From NCBI GenBank assembly GCA_049325415.1, contig JBMOLL010000008.1, positions 15,498 to 79,497 of the forward strand: a DNA stretch of 64,000 nt. The letters are read 5' to 3'. This stretch comes from Bacteroidota bacterium. Its GTDB lineage: Bacteria; Bacteroidota; Bacteroidia; Bacteroidales; GCA-2748055. Positions 19,024 through 28,531 of this stretch are shown one piece after another. Every line of letters begins with the position of its first letter. The stretch's first letter is position 1. The notes beneath the pieces were generated by a model. The model saw only the letters and a list, made by a program, of their open reading frames with translations. It was not told the DNA's origin and did no database searches. The translations under genes and the position numbers were made by a program.

Positions 19024-21285
19024 ACGAAATTGGGCATCGACTACGGCGAAAGCGGCCATATCGACAATTTCCCTCACGCTGCATTCCATCTGGAGAATAT
19101 GAACCGGTTTTCCGATCCCCAGAAGAATGGGCCCGGTTACCTGTGCTTCACCTATTTCCTGCATCATTTTATATGCTATATTCCCGGAGCTGAGGTTGGG
19201 GAAAATAATCGTGTTCACTTTCCTGTCGCCCAGTTTGGAGAAGGGGAATTTTTTAGCCCTTATTTTTTCATTGAGGGCGTAGTTCATCTGCATTTCTCCG
19301 TCGACAATGAGCTTAGGGTGTTCCTTATGCAGTATACTTACAGCTTCCCTGGCTCTTACCGGGCTTCCCTCCTGCATTACGCCGAAATTGGAATAGGAAA
19401 CAACGGCCATGACCGGTTCGATATTGAAATGTTCAACGGCTTCTGCCACGAGCAGGGCCGTGTCGGCGATAGTCCGCGCTTCGGGCTGGATATTGACGGT
19501 GGTATCGGCAAAGAAATAGGGTCCGGTCTTCGTTTGCACGATGTACATACCTGCAATATGTTTCTGCGGATTGCTTGTGCCGGTAATCTGGATAGCTGGC
19601 CGAATAACATCGGCATACTTGCTGGAAAATCCTGAGAGGAAGGCATCAGCATCTCCGGCTTCCACCATCATTATTCCAAAATAGTGAGGCTGGAACATCA
19701 GGTCGAGGGCGTCTTCGTAGGTCATCCCTTTACGCTGTCGTTTGGCAAAAAGCATGGCTGCGTAACGTTTCCGTCTTTCTTCTTCTTCCCTGCCCCGGGG
19801 GTCAAGAATTTCAACCTCTCCCAGGTCGAGATGATTCTCTTCCATCAGCTTCACAATAACCGACCTGTCGCCCAGGAGAAGCGGTTTGGCGATCCCTTCC
19901 TGGAGAATAGTGTGAACGGCTTTCAGGACCTTGAAATTCGCCGCATCGCCGAAGACCACTTTTTTCGGATCCTGCTGGGCTTTCAACCTCACCTCATTAA
20001 TCAGCTGGTTTTCAAGACCCATTCTCTTTTTCAGGTGTTCGCGATAGGCATCCCAGTCTTTGATGGGTTTGCGTGCCATACCGGTTTCCATGGCTGCTTT
20101 GGCGACTGCCGGTGCGACATGGTAGATCAACCGGGGATCGAGGGGTTTGGGGATGATATATTCCCGTCCAAAAAACAGGTTCTGCGTTTTATAGGCCTTA
20201 TTTACCGTTTCCGGGACGTCTTCCTTGGCGAGTTGTGACAGGGCATAGACGGCTGCTTTTTTCATTTCTTCGTTTATCCCCTTTGCCCTGACATCCAGGG
20301 CTCCCCTGAAGATAAAGGGGAAGCCGAGAACGTTATTGATCTGGTTCGGATAATCGGAGCGTCCGGTTGCGAAGATCAGGTCTTTTCTGGCATTTACAGC
20401 CTTATCATAGGCAATTTCAGGATTGGGGTTCGCCATGGCAAATACAATGGGATCTTTCGCCATTGTGAGCAACATTTCCGGAGTGAGGACATCAGCCACG
20501 GAGAGTCCGAGAAAAACATCTGCACCTACAAGGAGTTCAGCCAGTGTCGCGGCGTTAGTTTCCCTGGCAAATTCCATTTTATAGCGGTTCAGGTCTGTCC
20601 GCGAGGTAGTCAGGGGGCCTTTACTGTCGGCCATAAAGACATTTTCCGGTTTAACGCCCAGGGAAATGTACAGCCTTGCGCAGGAGATCGCTGAAGCACC
20701 GGCGCCATTGACGACCACCTTGATCTGGTCGACCTTCTTGCCCACCAGTTCCAGGGCGTTCAGCAGGCCTGCTGCCGAAATGATGGCCGTACCGTGCTGA
20801 TCATCGTGAAAGACCGGGATATCCAGTTCTTCCTTGAGCCGCTGTTCGATATCAAAGCATTCAGGGGCCTTGATATCTTCAAGGTTTATTCCCCCGAAGG
20901 TTGGAGCGATTGCCTTAACCACTTCCACAAAGGCATCGATGTCTTTACGGTCAACCTCGATATCAAAGACATCGACATCAGCAAATATTTTAAAGAGAAG
21001 GCCTTTCCCTTCCATAACCGGCTTGCCCTGCAGTGCTCCGATATCGCCGAGGCCCAGCACAGCGGTTCCGTTGGAGATGACAGCAACCAGGTTGCCTTTT
21101 GCCGTATAGAGGTAGGCATCGTCGGGCTTTTCCTTTATCGCCAGGCAGGGTTCAGCAACACCCGGAGAATAGGCCAGAGAAAGGTCCTGCTGGGTAGAGT
21201 GCGGTTTGGTGGGGATCACCTCAATTTTGCCGGGACGACCACAACTGTGGTAATTCAGAGCATCTTCGCGTGTAAATTTTGCCAT
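19012..21285 (-). CDS. maeB: NADP-dependent malic enzyme with C-terminal phosphotransacetylase-like domain
   Basis: 757 aa. The malic enzyme N-terminus has SPGVAEPC, the Rossmann motif [12 protein letters not shown] follows, and the C-terminal half is PTA-like. Confidence 0.92.
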   Translation of the reverse strand: MAKFTREDALNYHSCGRPGKIEVIPTKPHSTQQDLSLAYSPGVAEPCLAIKEKPDDAYLYTAKGNLVAVISNGTAVLGLGDIGALQGKPVMEGKGLLFKIFADVDVFDIEVDRKDIDAFVEVVKAIAPTFGGINLEDIKAPECFDIEQRLKEELDIPVFHDDQHGTAIISAAGLLNALELVGKKVDQIKVVVNGAGASAISCARLYISLGVKPENVFMADSKGPLTTSRTDLNRYKMEFARETNAATLAELLVGADVFLGLSVADVLTPEMLLTMAKDPIVFAMANPNPEIAYDKAVNARKDLIFATGRSDYPNQINNVLGFPFIFRGALDVRAKGINEEMKKAAVYALSQLAKEDVPETVNKAYKTQNLFFGREYIIPKPLDPRLIYHVAPAVAKAAMETGMARKPIKDWDAYREHLKKRMGLENQLINEVRLKAQQDPKKVVFGDAANFKVLKAVHTILQEGIAKPLLLGDRSVIVKLMEENHLDLGEVEILDPRGREEEERRKRYAAMLFAKRQRKGMTYEDALDLMFQPHYFGIMMVEAGDADAFLSGFSSKYADVIRPAIQITGTSNPQKHIAGMYIVQTKTGPYFFADTTVNIQPEARTIADTALLVAEAVEHFNIEPVMAVVSYSNFGVMQEGSPVRAREAVSILHKEHPKLIVDGEMQMNYALNEKIRAKKFPFSKLGDRKVNTIIFPNLSSGNIAYKMMQEIGEAQVTGPILLGIGKPVHILQMECSVREIVDMAAFAVVDAQFRSTH

Positions 21286-21306
21286 TTCAATAGAATTTGT
21301 TCAGGT

Positions 21307-21314
21307 CAAAATTA
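21307..21314 (-). promoter_or_regulatory. Candidate -7 box (TAATTTTG) for maeB
   Basis: Minus-strand TAnnTTTG match about 21 nt upstream of ATG 21285. Confidence 0.35.
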
Positions 21315-21446
21315 CGAATAGCTTCTGCTTGTTGCTCACGGATATGACAAAGAACATCATGTTTTGAAACAGGGCCGGAAACTCTCAGGATTCATTTATC
21401 CTATGAAAATTGTAGCATAACAAAACAAATCAAATGATTACATCGT

Positions 21447-21454
21447 TATATTTG
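21447..21454 (+). promoter_or_regulatory. Candidate -7 box (TATATTTG) for the T9SS-cargo gene
   Basis: Matches TAnnTTTG, 34 nt before ATG 21489. Confidence 0.35.
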
Positions 21455-21488
21455 CATATTTATATGATTACAGTCATCCCATGACTCC

Positions 21489-22286
21489 ATGAAAACAATA
21501 GTAATTTCTACCCTTCTGATGGCCGCGTTTCTTATACCGGCACAGGCCCAGGCTGACGGAAGCGTCACGTTCAGTGTGAAAACCGTTTCGAACGGCACCG
21601 GCTTTTCTCCGAAACATGTTCTGGCCATCTGGGTGGAGGATGGTTCGGGAAACTTTGTAAAAACACTCAAACTCCAGGCCGATAAGCGCAAGCAATACCT
21701 TTACACCTGGAATGCAAAATCGTTGGGGAACACAGTTGATGCCACAACCGGGGCAACGCTCTCATCCCATATCCGGCACACTGTAAGCTGGGACCTCACC
21801 AACACCTCGCACGCTCTGGTAGCCGACGGCAGTTATTCCTTTGTTATCGAATACACAAGCGAGCACGCTCAGGGGCCAAAAACGACCGTGTCTTTTACCA
21901 AATCCGCTGATGAGGTTCATGTGAGCCCTGCAAACCTTTCCTATTTCATTGAGATGGATCTTTTATACACACCGGCTGATACAACGGGAGGCGGAGCCAC
22001 GAAGCTAAATCCGGTTCAGGCCGGAGATGGACTTCTGAAGGTGTTTCCCAGCCCTGCCTCCGATCATCTTTACCTGCAATGGAACACCCCGGCCGCGGGT
22101 CCTGCCCGTATCCTGCTTTACGACAGCAGTATGCGGCTCGTGAAGGTGCTTTACGATGATGACATGCCCTCGGGGAATATGCAGATGACCTGGGGTGTGG
22201 ATCCTTCGATGGCGCCGGGAACCTATTTTGTGGTCTTCCAGGGGAATTCGTGGTATTCCACCAGAAAAATTATGCTGATCCATTGA
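21489..22286 (+). CDS. Secreted protein with T9SS C-terminal sorting domain (DUF2271-like N-terminal domain)
   Basis: Signal peptide MKTIVISTLLMAAFLIPAQAQA. The C-terminal ~80 aa (LKVFPSPASDHLYLQW...GTYFVVFQGNSWYSTRKIMLIH) fits the type-A Por/T9SS sorting domain. The N-terminal segment HVLAIWVEDGSGNFVKTL resembles DUF2271; that part is inference. Confidence 0.7.
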   Translation: MKTIVISTLLMAAFLIPAQAQADGSVTFSVKTVSNGTGFSPKHVLAIWVEDGSGNFVKTLKLQADKRKQYLYTWNAKSLGNTVDATTGATLSSHIRHTVSWDLTNTSHALVADGSYSFVIEYTSEHAQGPKTTVSFTKSADEVHVSPANLSYFIEMDLLYTPADTTGGGATKLNPVQAGDGLLKVFPSPASDHLYLQWNTPAAGPARILLYDSSMRLVKVLYDDDMPSGNMQMTWGVDPSMAPGTYFVVFQGNSWYSTRKIMLIH

Positions 22287-22299
22287 GCCGAATTCCGGC

Positions 22300-23205
22300 T
22301 TACCTGAACACGCGGGTATCGATGGCCCCCCACCAAAGCAGGACCGGATTTTCGTTAAAAGCATTGATTAAATAAACCCTGTAAGGGAAGAGGCTTTCTT
22401 CCCTTTTTTTCATTTTAAAAGTGAACAGGTAGGTGCAGGAACAGTCGCAATAGCAGTATTCCTCAGGATAGTTACACTGGTCCTCCACATAAAAACAAAG
22501 GGTATCCCCGCTGTTGTCATAACTTGAGGAAAACGGGGCACAACAGCCATAATTCAGGGCGGTGGTGAGCAGAATAGTATCTCCGCTGAAGGCAAGCCAG
22601 GTAGTGTCGGCTCCCGTGTAGCCTGAACTGACTGCAGAAGCGGAATCCAGCTGATTACAGCCCTCGAGTTCAAGCGAAAGCAGTTCCGGGGGAAGGGCCC
22701 GGACCGAGCCTGCAGGAAGCAGGGTGGTATCAAGAGGAAGATTCAGGTTGAGGTTGAGGGTAAAGTGGAAGGTATCCCGTTTGAAAGCGCTTTGCGACTC
22801 CAGCAGAATAAAGTTCATTTCCTTCGGTTCAAAAGGTCCTGCTCTGAAAGATATTTGTTCCGGGCAAAAGCACCATGAGTAAGGCCCCAGGTCGACGATA
22901 TGGATAAAACAACTGTCGTTTTGACAAACCAGATAGACCAGCACGGAATCCGTATCGCAGCAAAGCTCACTGTTATAAACTGAAAAATCAAGGTAGCCCT
23001 GACCTTCAGTACGGACGGTCACAGAAGACTGGTTAAACGGTGAGGCAGCTGGCAGGCAACCGGAAAAAGTAAGGGAATCAACGGCAGGATAAAGGAAGAC
23101 GATTTTGGGATCGTCGATACCCGGAAGACAGGCATACAGGCAGAGCAGAGCCAGAAAAACCCCCGGCAGACATGCTCGTTTCCCGGTTAATTTACGCAAC
23201 GCCAT
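22300..23205 (-). CDS. Cys-rich putative lipoprotein, function unknown
   Basis: 301 aa with a lipobox-like L-Y-A-C at residue 26 and 19 Cys in total. Two internally repeated CC...C...C...CxC modules. No family recognised. Confidence 0.5.
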   Translation of the reverse strand: MALRKLTGKRACLPGVFLALLCLYACLPGIDDPKIVFLYPAVDSLTFSGCLPAASPFNQSSVTVRTEGQGYLDFSVYNSELCCDTDSVLVYLVCQNDSCFIHIVDLGPYSWCFCPEQISFRAGPFEPKEMNFILLESQSAFKRDTFHFTLNLNLNLPLDTTLLPAGSVRALPPELLSLELEGCNQLDSASAVSSGYTGADTTWLAFSGDTILLTTALNYGCCAPFSSSYDNSGDTLCFYVEDQCNYPEEYCYCDCSCTYLFTFKMKKREESLFPYRVYLINAFNENPVLLWWGAIDTRVFR

Positions 23206-23280
23206 TGCCTTTGTACTTCGTATGAATACTGACGGAGATAAATTTACGCCATTTATTTTGCATTAATTAAATTTCGATTA

Positions 23281-23288
23281 TATATTTG
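23281..23288 (+). promoter_or_regulatory. Candidate -7 box (TATATTTG) for tRNA-Gly
   Basis: Matches TAnnTTTG, ending 12 nt before the mature tRNA 5' end. Confidence 0.45.
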
Positions 23289-23300
23289 CAATCCCAAAAT

Positions 23301-23373
<73 letters not shown>

Positions 23374-23380
23374 CAAAGTA

Positions 23381-23406
23381 AAGCCGTTGAAGAACGGCTT
23401 TTTTTG
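23381..23406 (+). terminator. Rho-independent terminator after tRNA-Gly
   Basis: Hairpin AAGCCGTT-GAAG-AACGGCTT followed by TTTTT. Confidence 0.7.
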
Positions 23407-23501
23407 TATAAACGGTTAGGTTTTTTTCGCTATTTTTAATCCGGATAAACTTAACCACATGTGGTTTCCGGGTTGAACCGGAAGTTTTGCCATAAGATTG
23501 C

Positions 23502-23853
23502 GTTCTTTGCCCGGATGGCGGAATCGAGGAGGAGGCACGACGACGAGCTCACGAACCTGATTTTTCGGGTGAGTAACAGGTAGGTGCGCCCATCCCCGAA
23601 AGTATCCAATTGCTGGAGAGAGTCGCCCTTTTTTTCCTGAGGAATCAGGGAATATGATAACAATAGTTCTTTGCCCGGATGGCGGAACCGAGGAGGAGGC
23701 ACGACGACGAGCTCACGAACCTGATTTTTCAGGTGAGTAACAGGTAGGTGCGCCCATCCCCGAAAGTATCCAATTGCTGGAGAGAGTCGCCCTTTTTTTT
23801 CCTGAGGAATCAGGGGATATGATAACAATAGTTCTTTGCCCGGATGGCGGAAT
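23502..23853 (+). repeat. Tandem repeat: two units (23502-23665, 23666-23830; 164 and 165 bp, 4 differences) plus a 23-nt partial third copy that forms the leader and first 16 nt of tRNA-Leu
   Basis: Direct reading, anchored on ORF-track frames. Each unit is GTTCTTT + GCCCGGATGGCGGAA(T/C) (identical to the tRNA-Leu 5' end) + about 105 nt of non-tRNA sequence + T7/T8 + hairpin CCTGA-GGAA-TCAGG + ATATGATAACAATA. Confidence 0.9.
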
Positions 23854-23923
23854 AGGTAGACGCGCTGGACTTAAAATCCAGTGGCCAGAAATGGCCGTGC
23901 CGGTTCGATTCCGGCTCCGGGTA
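23838..23923 (+). tRNA. tRNA-Leu (anticodon UAA), class II with long variable arm
   Basis: GCCCGGATGGCGGAATAGGTAGACGCGCTGGACTTAAAATCCAGTGGCCAGAAATGGCCGTGCCGGTTCGATTCCGGCTCCGGGTA. Anticodon loop CTTAAAA, variable stem GGCC-AGAAAT-GGCC, T-arm GCCGG/CCGGC, G1.U72 wobble. Confidence 0.9.
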
Positions 23924-23935
23924 CAAACAGTATGC

Positions 23936-23961
23936 AAAACGCCTTTCGGGGCGTTTTTTTT
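23936..23961. terminator. Bidirectional terminator between tRNA-Leu and the 3' end of mutS
   Basis: Hairpin AAAACGCC-TTTCGG-GGCGTTTT with T8 on the plus strand and a T4 run on the minus strand. Confidence 0.7.
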
Positions 23962-23975
23962 ACCGGGAAAAGAAA

Positions 23976-26609
23976 TCAGAGGCCCGACAGTTTTTTAATC
24001 TCATTAAGCTTGTTCAGCGCTTCGAGAGGCGTCAGGTTATTGATGTCGGTACTGGCAATCTGATCGCGTATTTGTTTCAATACCGGATCTTCGAGCTGAA
24101 AAAAGCTCATCTGGAAGCCTTCTCTTTTGGTACCCAGTTCCCCGACTGGTTTCGAAAGGGATTTTTCTCCTCCGGTTTTTTCCAGTTCCCGGAGTATTTC
24201 ATTTGCCCTTTTTACGACGCTTCTGGGCATTCCGGCCATTTGCGCAACATGGATCCCAAAACTGTGTTCGCTGCCTCCGCGTGCCAGTTTTCTGAGGAAA
24301 AGCACTTTATCTTCCAGTTCGCGGATGGAGATATGATAGTTTTTTACCCGGGAAAAGGTTTTTTCCATCTCGTTGAGTTCGTGGTAGTGGGTTGCAAAAA
24401 GTGTTTTTGCCTTGAATTTCGGATGTTCATGGATATATTCCACCATGGCCCAGGCAATGGATATCCCGTCGTAGGTGCTGGTTCCGCGGCCGATCTCATC
24501 GAGCAGGATCAGGCTTCTGTCGGACAGATTATTCAGAATACTGGCTGATTCAAGCATTTCGACCATAAAGGTGGATTCTCCCAGTGAGATATTGTCGGAA
24601 GCACCGACGCGGGTAAAGATTTTATCCACCCAGCCCAGCCGGGCAGAGCTTGCAGGAACAAAGCTGCCTACCTGGGCCATCAGGCTGATCAATGCCGTTT
24701 GCCTCAACAGGGCAGATTTTCCGGACATGTTCGGACCGGTTAGGATGATGATCTGCTGGTCGTGATCGTCGAGAAGAAAGTCATTGGTGACATATTCCTC
24801 ATCGACCGGAAGTTGTTTTTCGATCACGGGGTGCCGGCCGCCGGTGATATCGATGACATTGCTGCCGTTTATTTCGGGCCGGCAATACTTTTCCTTTTCT
24901 GCGAGCAGGGCAAAAGAGATCAGGCAGTCGAGCCGGGCGACCAGGGAGGCGTTCAGCTGGATGGCCTGCACATATTCTGAAGCGGAGACCAGCAGATCGT
25001 TAAAAATTCTGGCTTCGATGGAAAGTGTTTTTTCTTCTGCACCCAGAATTTTTTCCTCGTAATTCTTCAGTTCTTCAGTGATATATCTTTCTGCGCTTAC
25101 GAGGGTTTGTTTGCGGATCCAATCGGGAGGAACCTTATCCCTGTGTGTATTCCTAACTTCGATATAATAGCCGAAAACATTGTTAAAGCCGACTTTCAGG
25201 CTGCTGATCCCGGTCCTTTCCGTTTCCCTTTGCTGAAGCCGGACCAGATAGTCCTTACCTGAGAACATAATTTCCCGGAGTTCATCCAGCTCCTCCGACA
25301 CCCCGGATGCAATCACACCTCCCTTATTCAGTTGTGCCGGGGGATCCGGATTAAGCTGTAACCTGATTTTATCGCGGATAGACGCACAGGGATTCAATTG
25401 TTCGGCGATGCGCATCAGGGCGGGTTCGCCGGAGGTGTTGCAAACTTCCCGGATGGGTTCGATGGCCGACAGAGCCAGCTGCAACTGGATCATTTCCCTT
25501 GGCGAGCATCTTCCCACGGCCACCTTGGAAATTATTCTTTCAAGATCTCCGATGAGCTTAATCCGGGAGCCAAGTTCTTCCCGAAGTTCGTTATTGGTGA
25601 GCAGGAACTCAACCATGTTGTGTCGTTCCCTGATAAGCAGGATATCTTTCAGCGGCAGGGCGAGCCATCTTTTCATCAGCCTCGATCCCATGGGAGACAC
25701 GGTTCGGTCCATGACTTCCAGCAGGGTTTTGCCTCCCGGATGAAGTGCCTGGAACAGTTCGAGGTTTCGGATGGTAAACCGGTCGAGCCAGACATAATGA
25801 TCCTCTTCGAGCCGTGCAAGCGCCTGAATATGAGAAAGGCTGTTGTGCTGGGTCATTTCGAGGTACTGCAGTATGGCACCACTGGCGATGATCCCGTGTT
25901 GAAGAGATTCCACTCCGAAGCCTTTAAGGTTGGCAGTCTGAAATTGCCGCAGCAGTTTTTCCCGGGCATTATCGGGAGAAAAAGCCCAGTCTTCGAGGGC
26001 ATAGGTATAATAGTTTTCTCCGAAATTTTCCCTGAAGTACTGCAGTTTCGATCTTTCGACCAAAACCTCTTTTGGTCTGAGGCTGCTCAGCAGTTTGTCG
26101 ATATATTCCAAGGAGCCTTCAGCGGTCAGGAATTCCCCGGTAGAGATATCGAGAAAAGCGATTCCGGCCAGGTTTTTGTCCAGAAACACCCCGGCAAGGA
26201 AATTATTTTCCTTGTTCTCCAGAACATTATCGTTAATCGTTACCCCGGGTGTTACGAGCTCGGTAATCCCTCGTTTTACCAGTTTTTTTGTGAGTTTCGG
26301 ATCTTCCAGCTGCTCACAGATGGCCACCCGCTGTCCGGCCCTGACCAGCCGTGGCAGGTAGGTATCGAGTGCATGATGAGGAAAGCCTGCGAGCTCCACC
26401 ATGGATGCCGCTCCGTTGGCCCTTCGGGTAAGGGTAATTCCAAGGATTTCTGCTGTTTTTATCGCATCGGCGCCAAAAGTCTCATAAAAATCCCCCATCC
26501 GGAACAACAGCAGGGCGTCCGGGTGTTTCGCCTTGATGCTGTTATACTGTTGCATCAAAGGGGTATCGGTCTCTATGGCGGCAGATTTCGTCAATTTCAA
26601 CTCCAGCAT
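23976..26609 (-). CDS. mutS: DNA mismatch repair protein MutS
   Basis: N-terminus [30 protein letters not shown], Walker [16 protein letters not shown] and [12 protein letters not shown]. The first ATG is at 26609; the track opens at TTG 26612. Confidence 0.95.
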   Translation of the reverse strand: MLELKLTKSAAIETDTPLMQQYNSIKAKHPDALLLFRMGDFYETFGADAIKTAEILGITLTRRANGAASMVELAGFPHHALDTYLPRLVRAGQRVAICEQLEDPKLTKKLVKRGITELVTPGVTINDNVLENKENNFLAGVFLDKNLAGIAFLDISTGEFLTAEGSLEYIDKLLSSLRPKEVLVERSKLQYFRENFGENYYTYALEDWAFSPDNAREKLLRQFQTANLKGFGVESLQHGIIASGAILQYLEMTQHNSLSHIQALARLEEDHYVWLDRFTIRNLELFQALHPGGKTLLEVMDRTVSPMGSRLMKRWLALPLKDILLIRERHNMVEFLLTNNELREELGSRIKLIGDLERIISKVAVGRCSPREMIQLQLALSAIEPIREVCNTSGEPALMRIAEQLNPCASIRDKIRLQLNPDPPAQLNKGGVIASGVSEELDELREIMFSGKDYLVRLQQRETERTGISSLKVGFNNVFGYYIEVRNTHRDKVPPDWIRKQTLVSAERYITEELKNYEEKILGAEEKTLSIEARIFNDLLVSASEYVQAIQLNASLVARLDCLISFALLAEKEKYCRPEINGSNVIDITGGRHPVIEKQLPVDEEYVTNDFLLDDHDQQIIILTGPNMSGKSALLRQTALISLMAQVGSFVPASSARLGWVDKIFTRVGASDNISLGESTFMVEMLESASILNNLSDRSLILLDEIGRGTSTYDGISIAWAMVEYIHEHPKFKAKTLFATHYHELNEMEKTFSRVKNYHISIRELEDKVLFLRKLARGGSEHSFGIHVAQMAGMPRSVVKRANEILRELEKTGGEKSLSKPVGELGTKREGFQMSFFQLEDPVLKQIRDQIASTDINNLTPLEALNKLNEIKKLSGL

Positions 26610-26674
26610 CAAAAATAACGGTTAAAAACGGAATAAAAAAGCCGCTGAAAACTTCCCTCTTCACTACATAGTCC

Positions 26675-26682
26675 TACCTTTG
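26675..26682 (+). promoter_or_regulatory. Candidate -7 box (TACCTTTG) upstream of the MFS transporter gene
   Basis: Matches TAnnTTTG, 4 nt before ATG 26687. This implies a leaderless or very short-leader mRNA. Confidence 0.25.
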
Positions 26683-26686
26683 CCGC

Positions 26687-27850
26687 ATGGCAAAAACTTT
26701 CTCTGTTCAGGAACAGCGATTTCTGGGGGGGATTACCCTGACCATGTCGCTTCGTCAGCTGGGTTTGCTCCTGGTCATGCCTTTTCTCTCTGTTTACGCC
26801 CTTAACCTGGAAGGGGGATCGACGGCGCTGGCCGGACTGGCCATAGGGTTGTACGGATTGACCCAGGCTGTTTTCCAGATCCCCAACGGACTGATCAGTG
26901 ACCGTGTTGGTCGCAAGCCCGTCGTTCTGATCACCATGTCGATATATACGGCAGGTCTGGCCCTGGCAGCCTTGTCGACCAACATTCATCTCCTGCTGAT
27001 AGCCAGGGCTCTTCAGGGTGCAGGCGCCGTTTCGGCCGTTTTGTTTTCATGGATCGGGGATGAGATCCCCGAGGACCGGCGCAATCGGGCCATGGCCTAT
27101 CCCGGGATGTTTGTCGGTATAACGAGTGTCTTTTCTTTTATTGTCGGCCCCCTGCTGGTTCATTTTGTGAATGTATCCCAGGTCTTCTGGATCTGCACGG
27201 GTCTCTCGGCCCTCTCTGTTCTTTATGTGGCTTTCATGATGCGTGGTCCGAAAAGGCAGAGCGAAGTTAATCGTCTTTCTTTCAGTGAATTTAGAATGGT
27301 TATATCAACCGGACGTTTTGCCCGTTATCTTGCCACCGGTTTCAGCATAAACTATACCCTAACCAGCATCTTCTTCTTAATCCCGCTGATCCTTGATCAC
27401 ACCGGGCAGACCTCACATATGTGGATGGTTTTTGTTCCCTCCACCCTTCTCGGGATCCCGGTTATGATGAGGGCTTCAAAGGCTGCCGATCATTATGGCG
27501 ATCACAGGATGATCGTTCTGGGAGTGATTTTATTGCTGATCTCAACGGTTCTGCTTTCTTTTCACCCTTTCGTGATCATTATATTAAGTGCCCTGTTCTT
27601 CTTCCCGGGCTATATGATCCTCACCACGCTTTTGCCTGCCGGAGTCACCAAGCTTGCCGATCAGCATCTGCGGGGAACCGTCACGGCGACCTTCAACACC
27701 TTCCAGTTTCTCGGCTCCTTTGCCGGAAGCCTGGTAACGGGGATTTTTTACGGAATCCATCCTTTTTACGCTATTCTGGTCCTTGGAGTACTGCTTGGCC
27801 TGATCCTTGTCTTCCAGTTAAGCGCACCCACACAAAAAAGAACCGAATAA
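26687..27850 (+). CDS. MFS transporter
   Basis: 387 aa, about 12 TM segments, with the MFS motif-A-like loop NGLISDRVGRKPV between TM2 and TM3. Confidence 0.85.
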   Translation: MAKTFSVQEQRFLGGITLTMSLRQLGLLLVMPFLSVYALNLEGGSTALAGLAIGLYGLTQAVFQIPNGLISDRVGRKPVVLITMSIYTAGLALAALSTNIHLLLIARALQGAGAVSAVLFSWIGDEIPEDRRNRAMAYPGMFVGITSVFSFIVGPLLVHFVNVSQVFWICTGLSALSVLYVAFMMRGPKRQSEVNRLSFSEFRMVISTGRFARYLATGFSINYTLTSIFFLIPLILDHTGQTSHMWMVFVPSTLLGIPVMMRASKAADHYGDHRMIVLGVILLLISTVLLSFHPFVIIILSALFFFPGYMILTTLLPAGVTKLADQHLRGTVTATFNTFQFLGSFAGSLVTGIFYGIHPFYAILVLGVLLGLILVFQLSAPTQKRTE

Positions 27851-27852
27851 CA

Positions 27853-28449
27853 ATGGACCCAGCATTCTGGAACTCACGATATGAAGCAGACGAGTTTGTC
27901 TATGGCCTGTCGCCCAATCTCTTCCTTAAAGAACGGCTGGACCTGCTCAGACCGGGGAAACTGCTTCTTCCCGGAGAAGGGGAAGGCCGCAATGCCCTGT
28001 ATGCCGCTCAGCAGGGCTGGAACACCGACGCCTTTGACCAGAGCGAGGCCGGCCGGCAAAAAGCAGAAAAATTAAAGCTCCAGTTCAATGTTTCCTTCAA
28101 CTATTTCGTCAGCGATGTAAATGACTTCGTTTATAAAAGTGATTATTATGATGCGGCCGGCCTTGTATTCTTTCATTTGCCTCCGGAGCTCAGGGACCGT
28201 TTTCATCAGAAGCTGATCTTTTCGCTTCGCCCTGGCGGGATCCTGATTGCCGAGTTGTTCCACAAGGAGCAGGCTGGCAGAAATACCGGGGGGCCAAAGA
28301 ATCCTGAATTGCTTTATTCGGAGGAAGAACTTTTACAGGCTTTTGCTGCTCTGCATATCCTGCTTCTTGAAAAGAAGACGGTTCTGCTTGATGAGGGCCC
28401 CTTGCACCATGGTGAGGCGGTCGTTCTCCGGATGGTCGCTCAAAAATGA
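27853..28449 (+). CDS. Class I SAM-dependent methyltransferase
   Basis: Starts MDPAFWNSRYEADEFVYG, with SAM motif I LLLPGEGEGRNALYAA. The longer track ORF (27421..) is an upstream read-through overlapping the MFS gene. Confidence 0.8.
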   Translation: MDPAFWNSRYEADEFVYGLSPNLFLKERLDLLRPGKLLLPGEGEGRNALYAAQQGWNTDAFDQSEAGRQKAEKLKLQFNVSFNYFVSDVNDFVYKSDYYDAAGLVFFHLPPELRDRFHQKLIFSLRPGGILIAELFHKEQAGRNTGGPKNPELLYSEEELLQAFAALHILLLEKKTVLLDEGPLHHGEAVVLRMVAQK

Positions 28450-28531
28450 TTCTTCAGCTGTTGCAGAGGAAGCTTTTTCATTCAAACAATCCTTTCATTC
28501 CGGTGTTATAGTTTCAATACAAAAACAAAGC

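Noticed and set aside
23451-23937. Minus-strand ORFs of 125 aa (23451..23828) and 74 aa (23713..23937), and plus-strand ORFs 23774..23998 and 23881..24063. The 125-aa ORF has an internally repeated peptide.
   Set aside because: They read straight through the tandem repeat and through tRNA-Leu and its terminator. The repeated peptide simply mirrors the DNA repeat, and its frame changes at the T7/T8 length difference. They open with non-ATG starts and show no recognisable protein features.
25398-26618. A 406-aa plus-strand ORF antisense to mutS. Similar long antisense ORFs occur at 8939..9940, 4019..4792, 16326..16904, 19030..19635, 29514..30152, 38231..39097, 39104..39889 and 41351..42445.
   Set aside because: Each lies entirely inside a gene with strong motif support on the other strand. 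Their composition is low-complexity and biased, as expected from mirror-frame translation, and they carry no recognisable domains.
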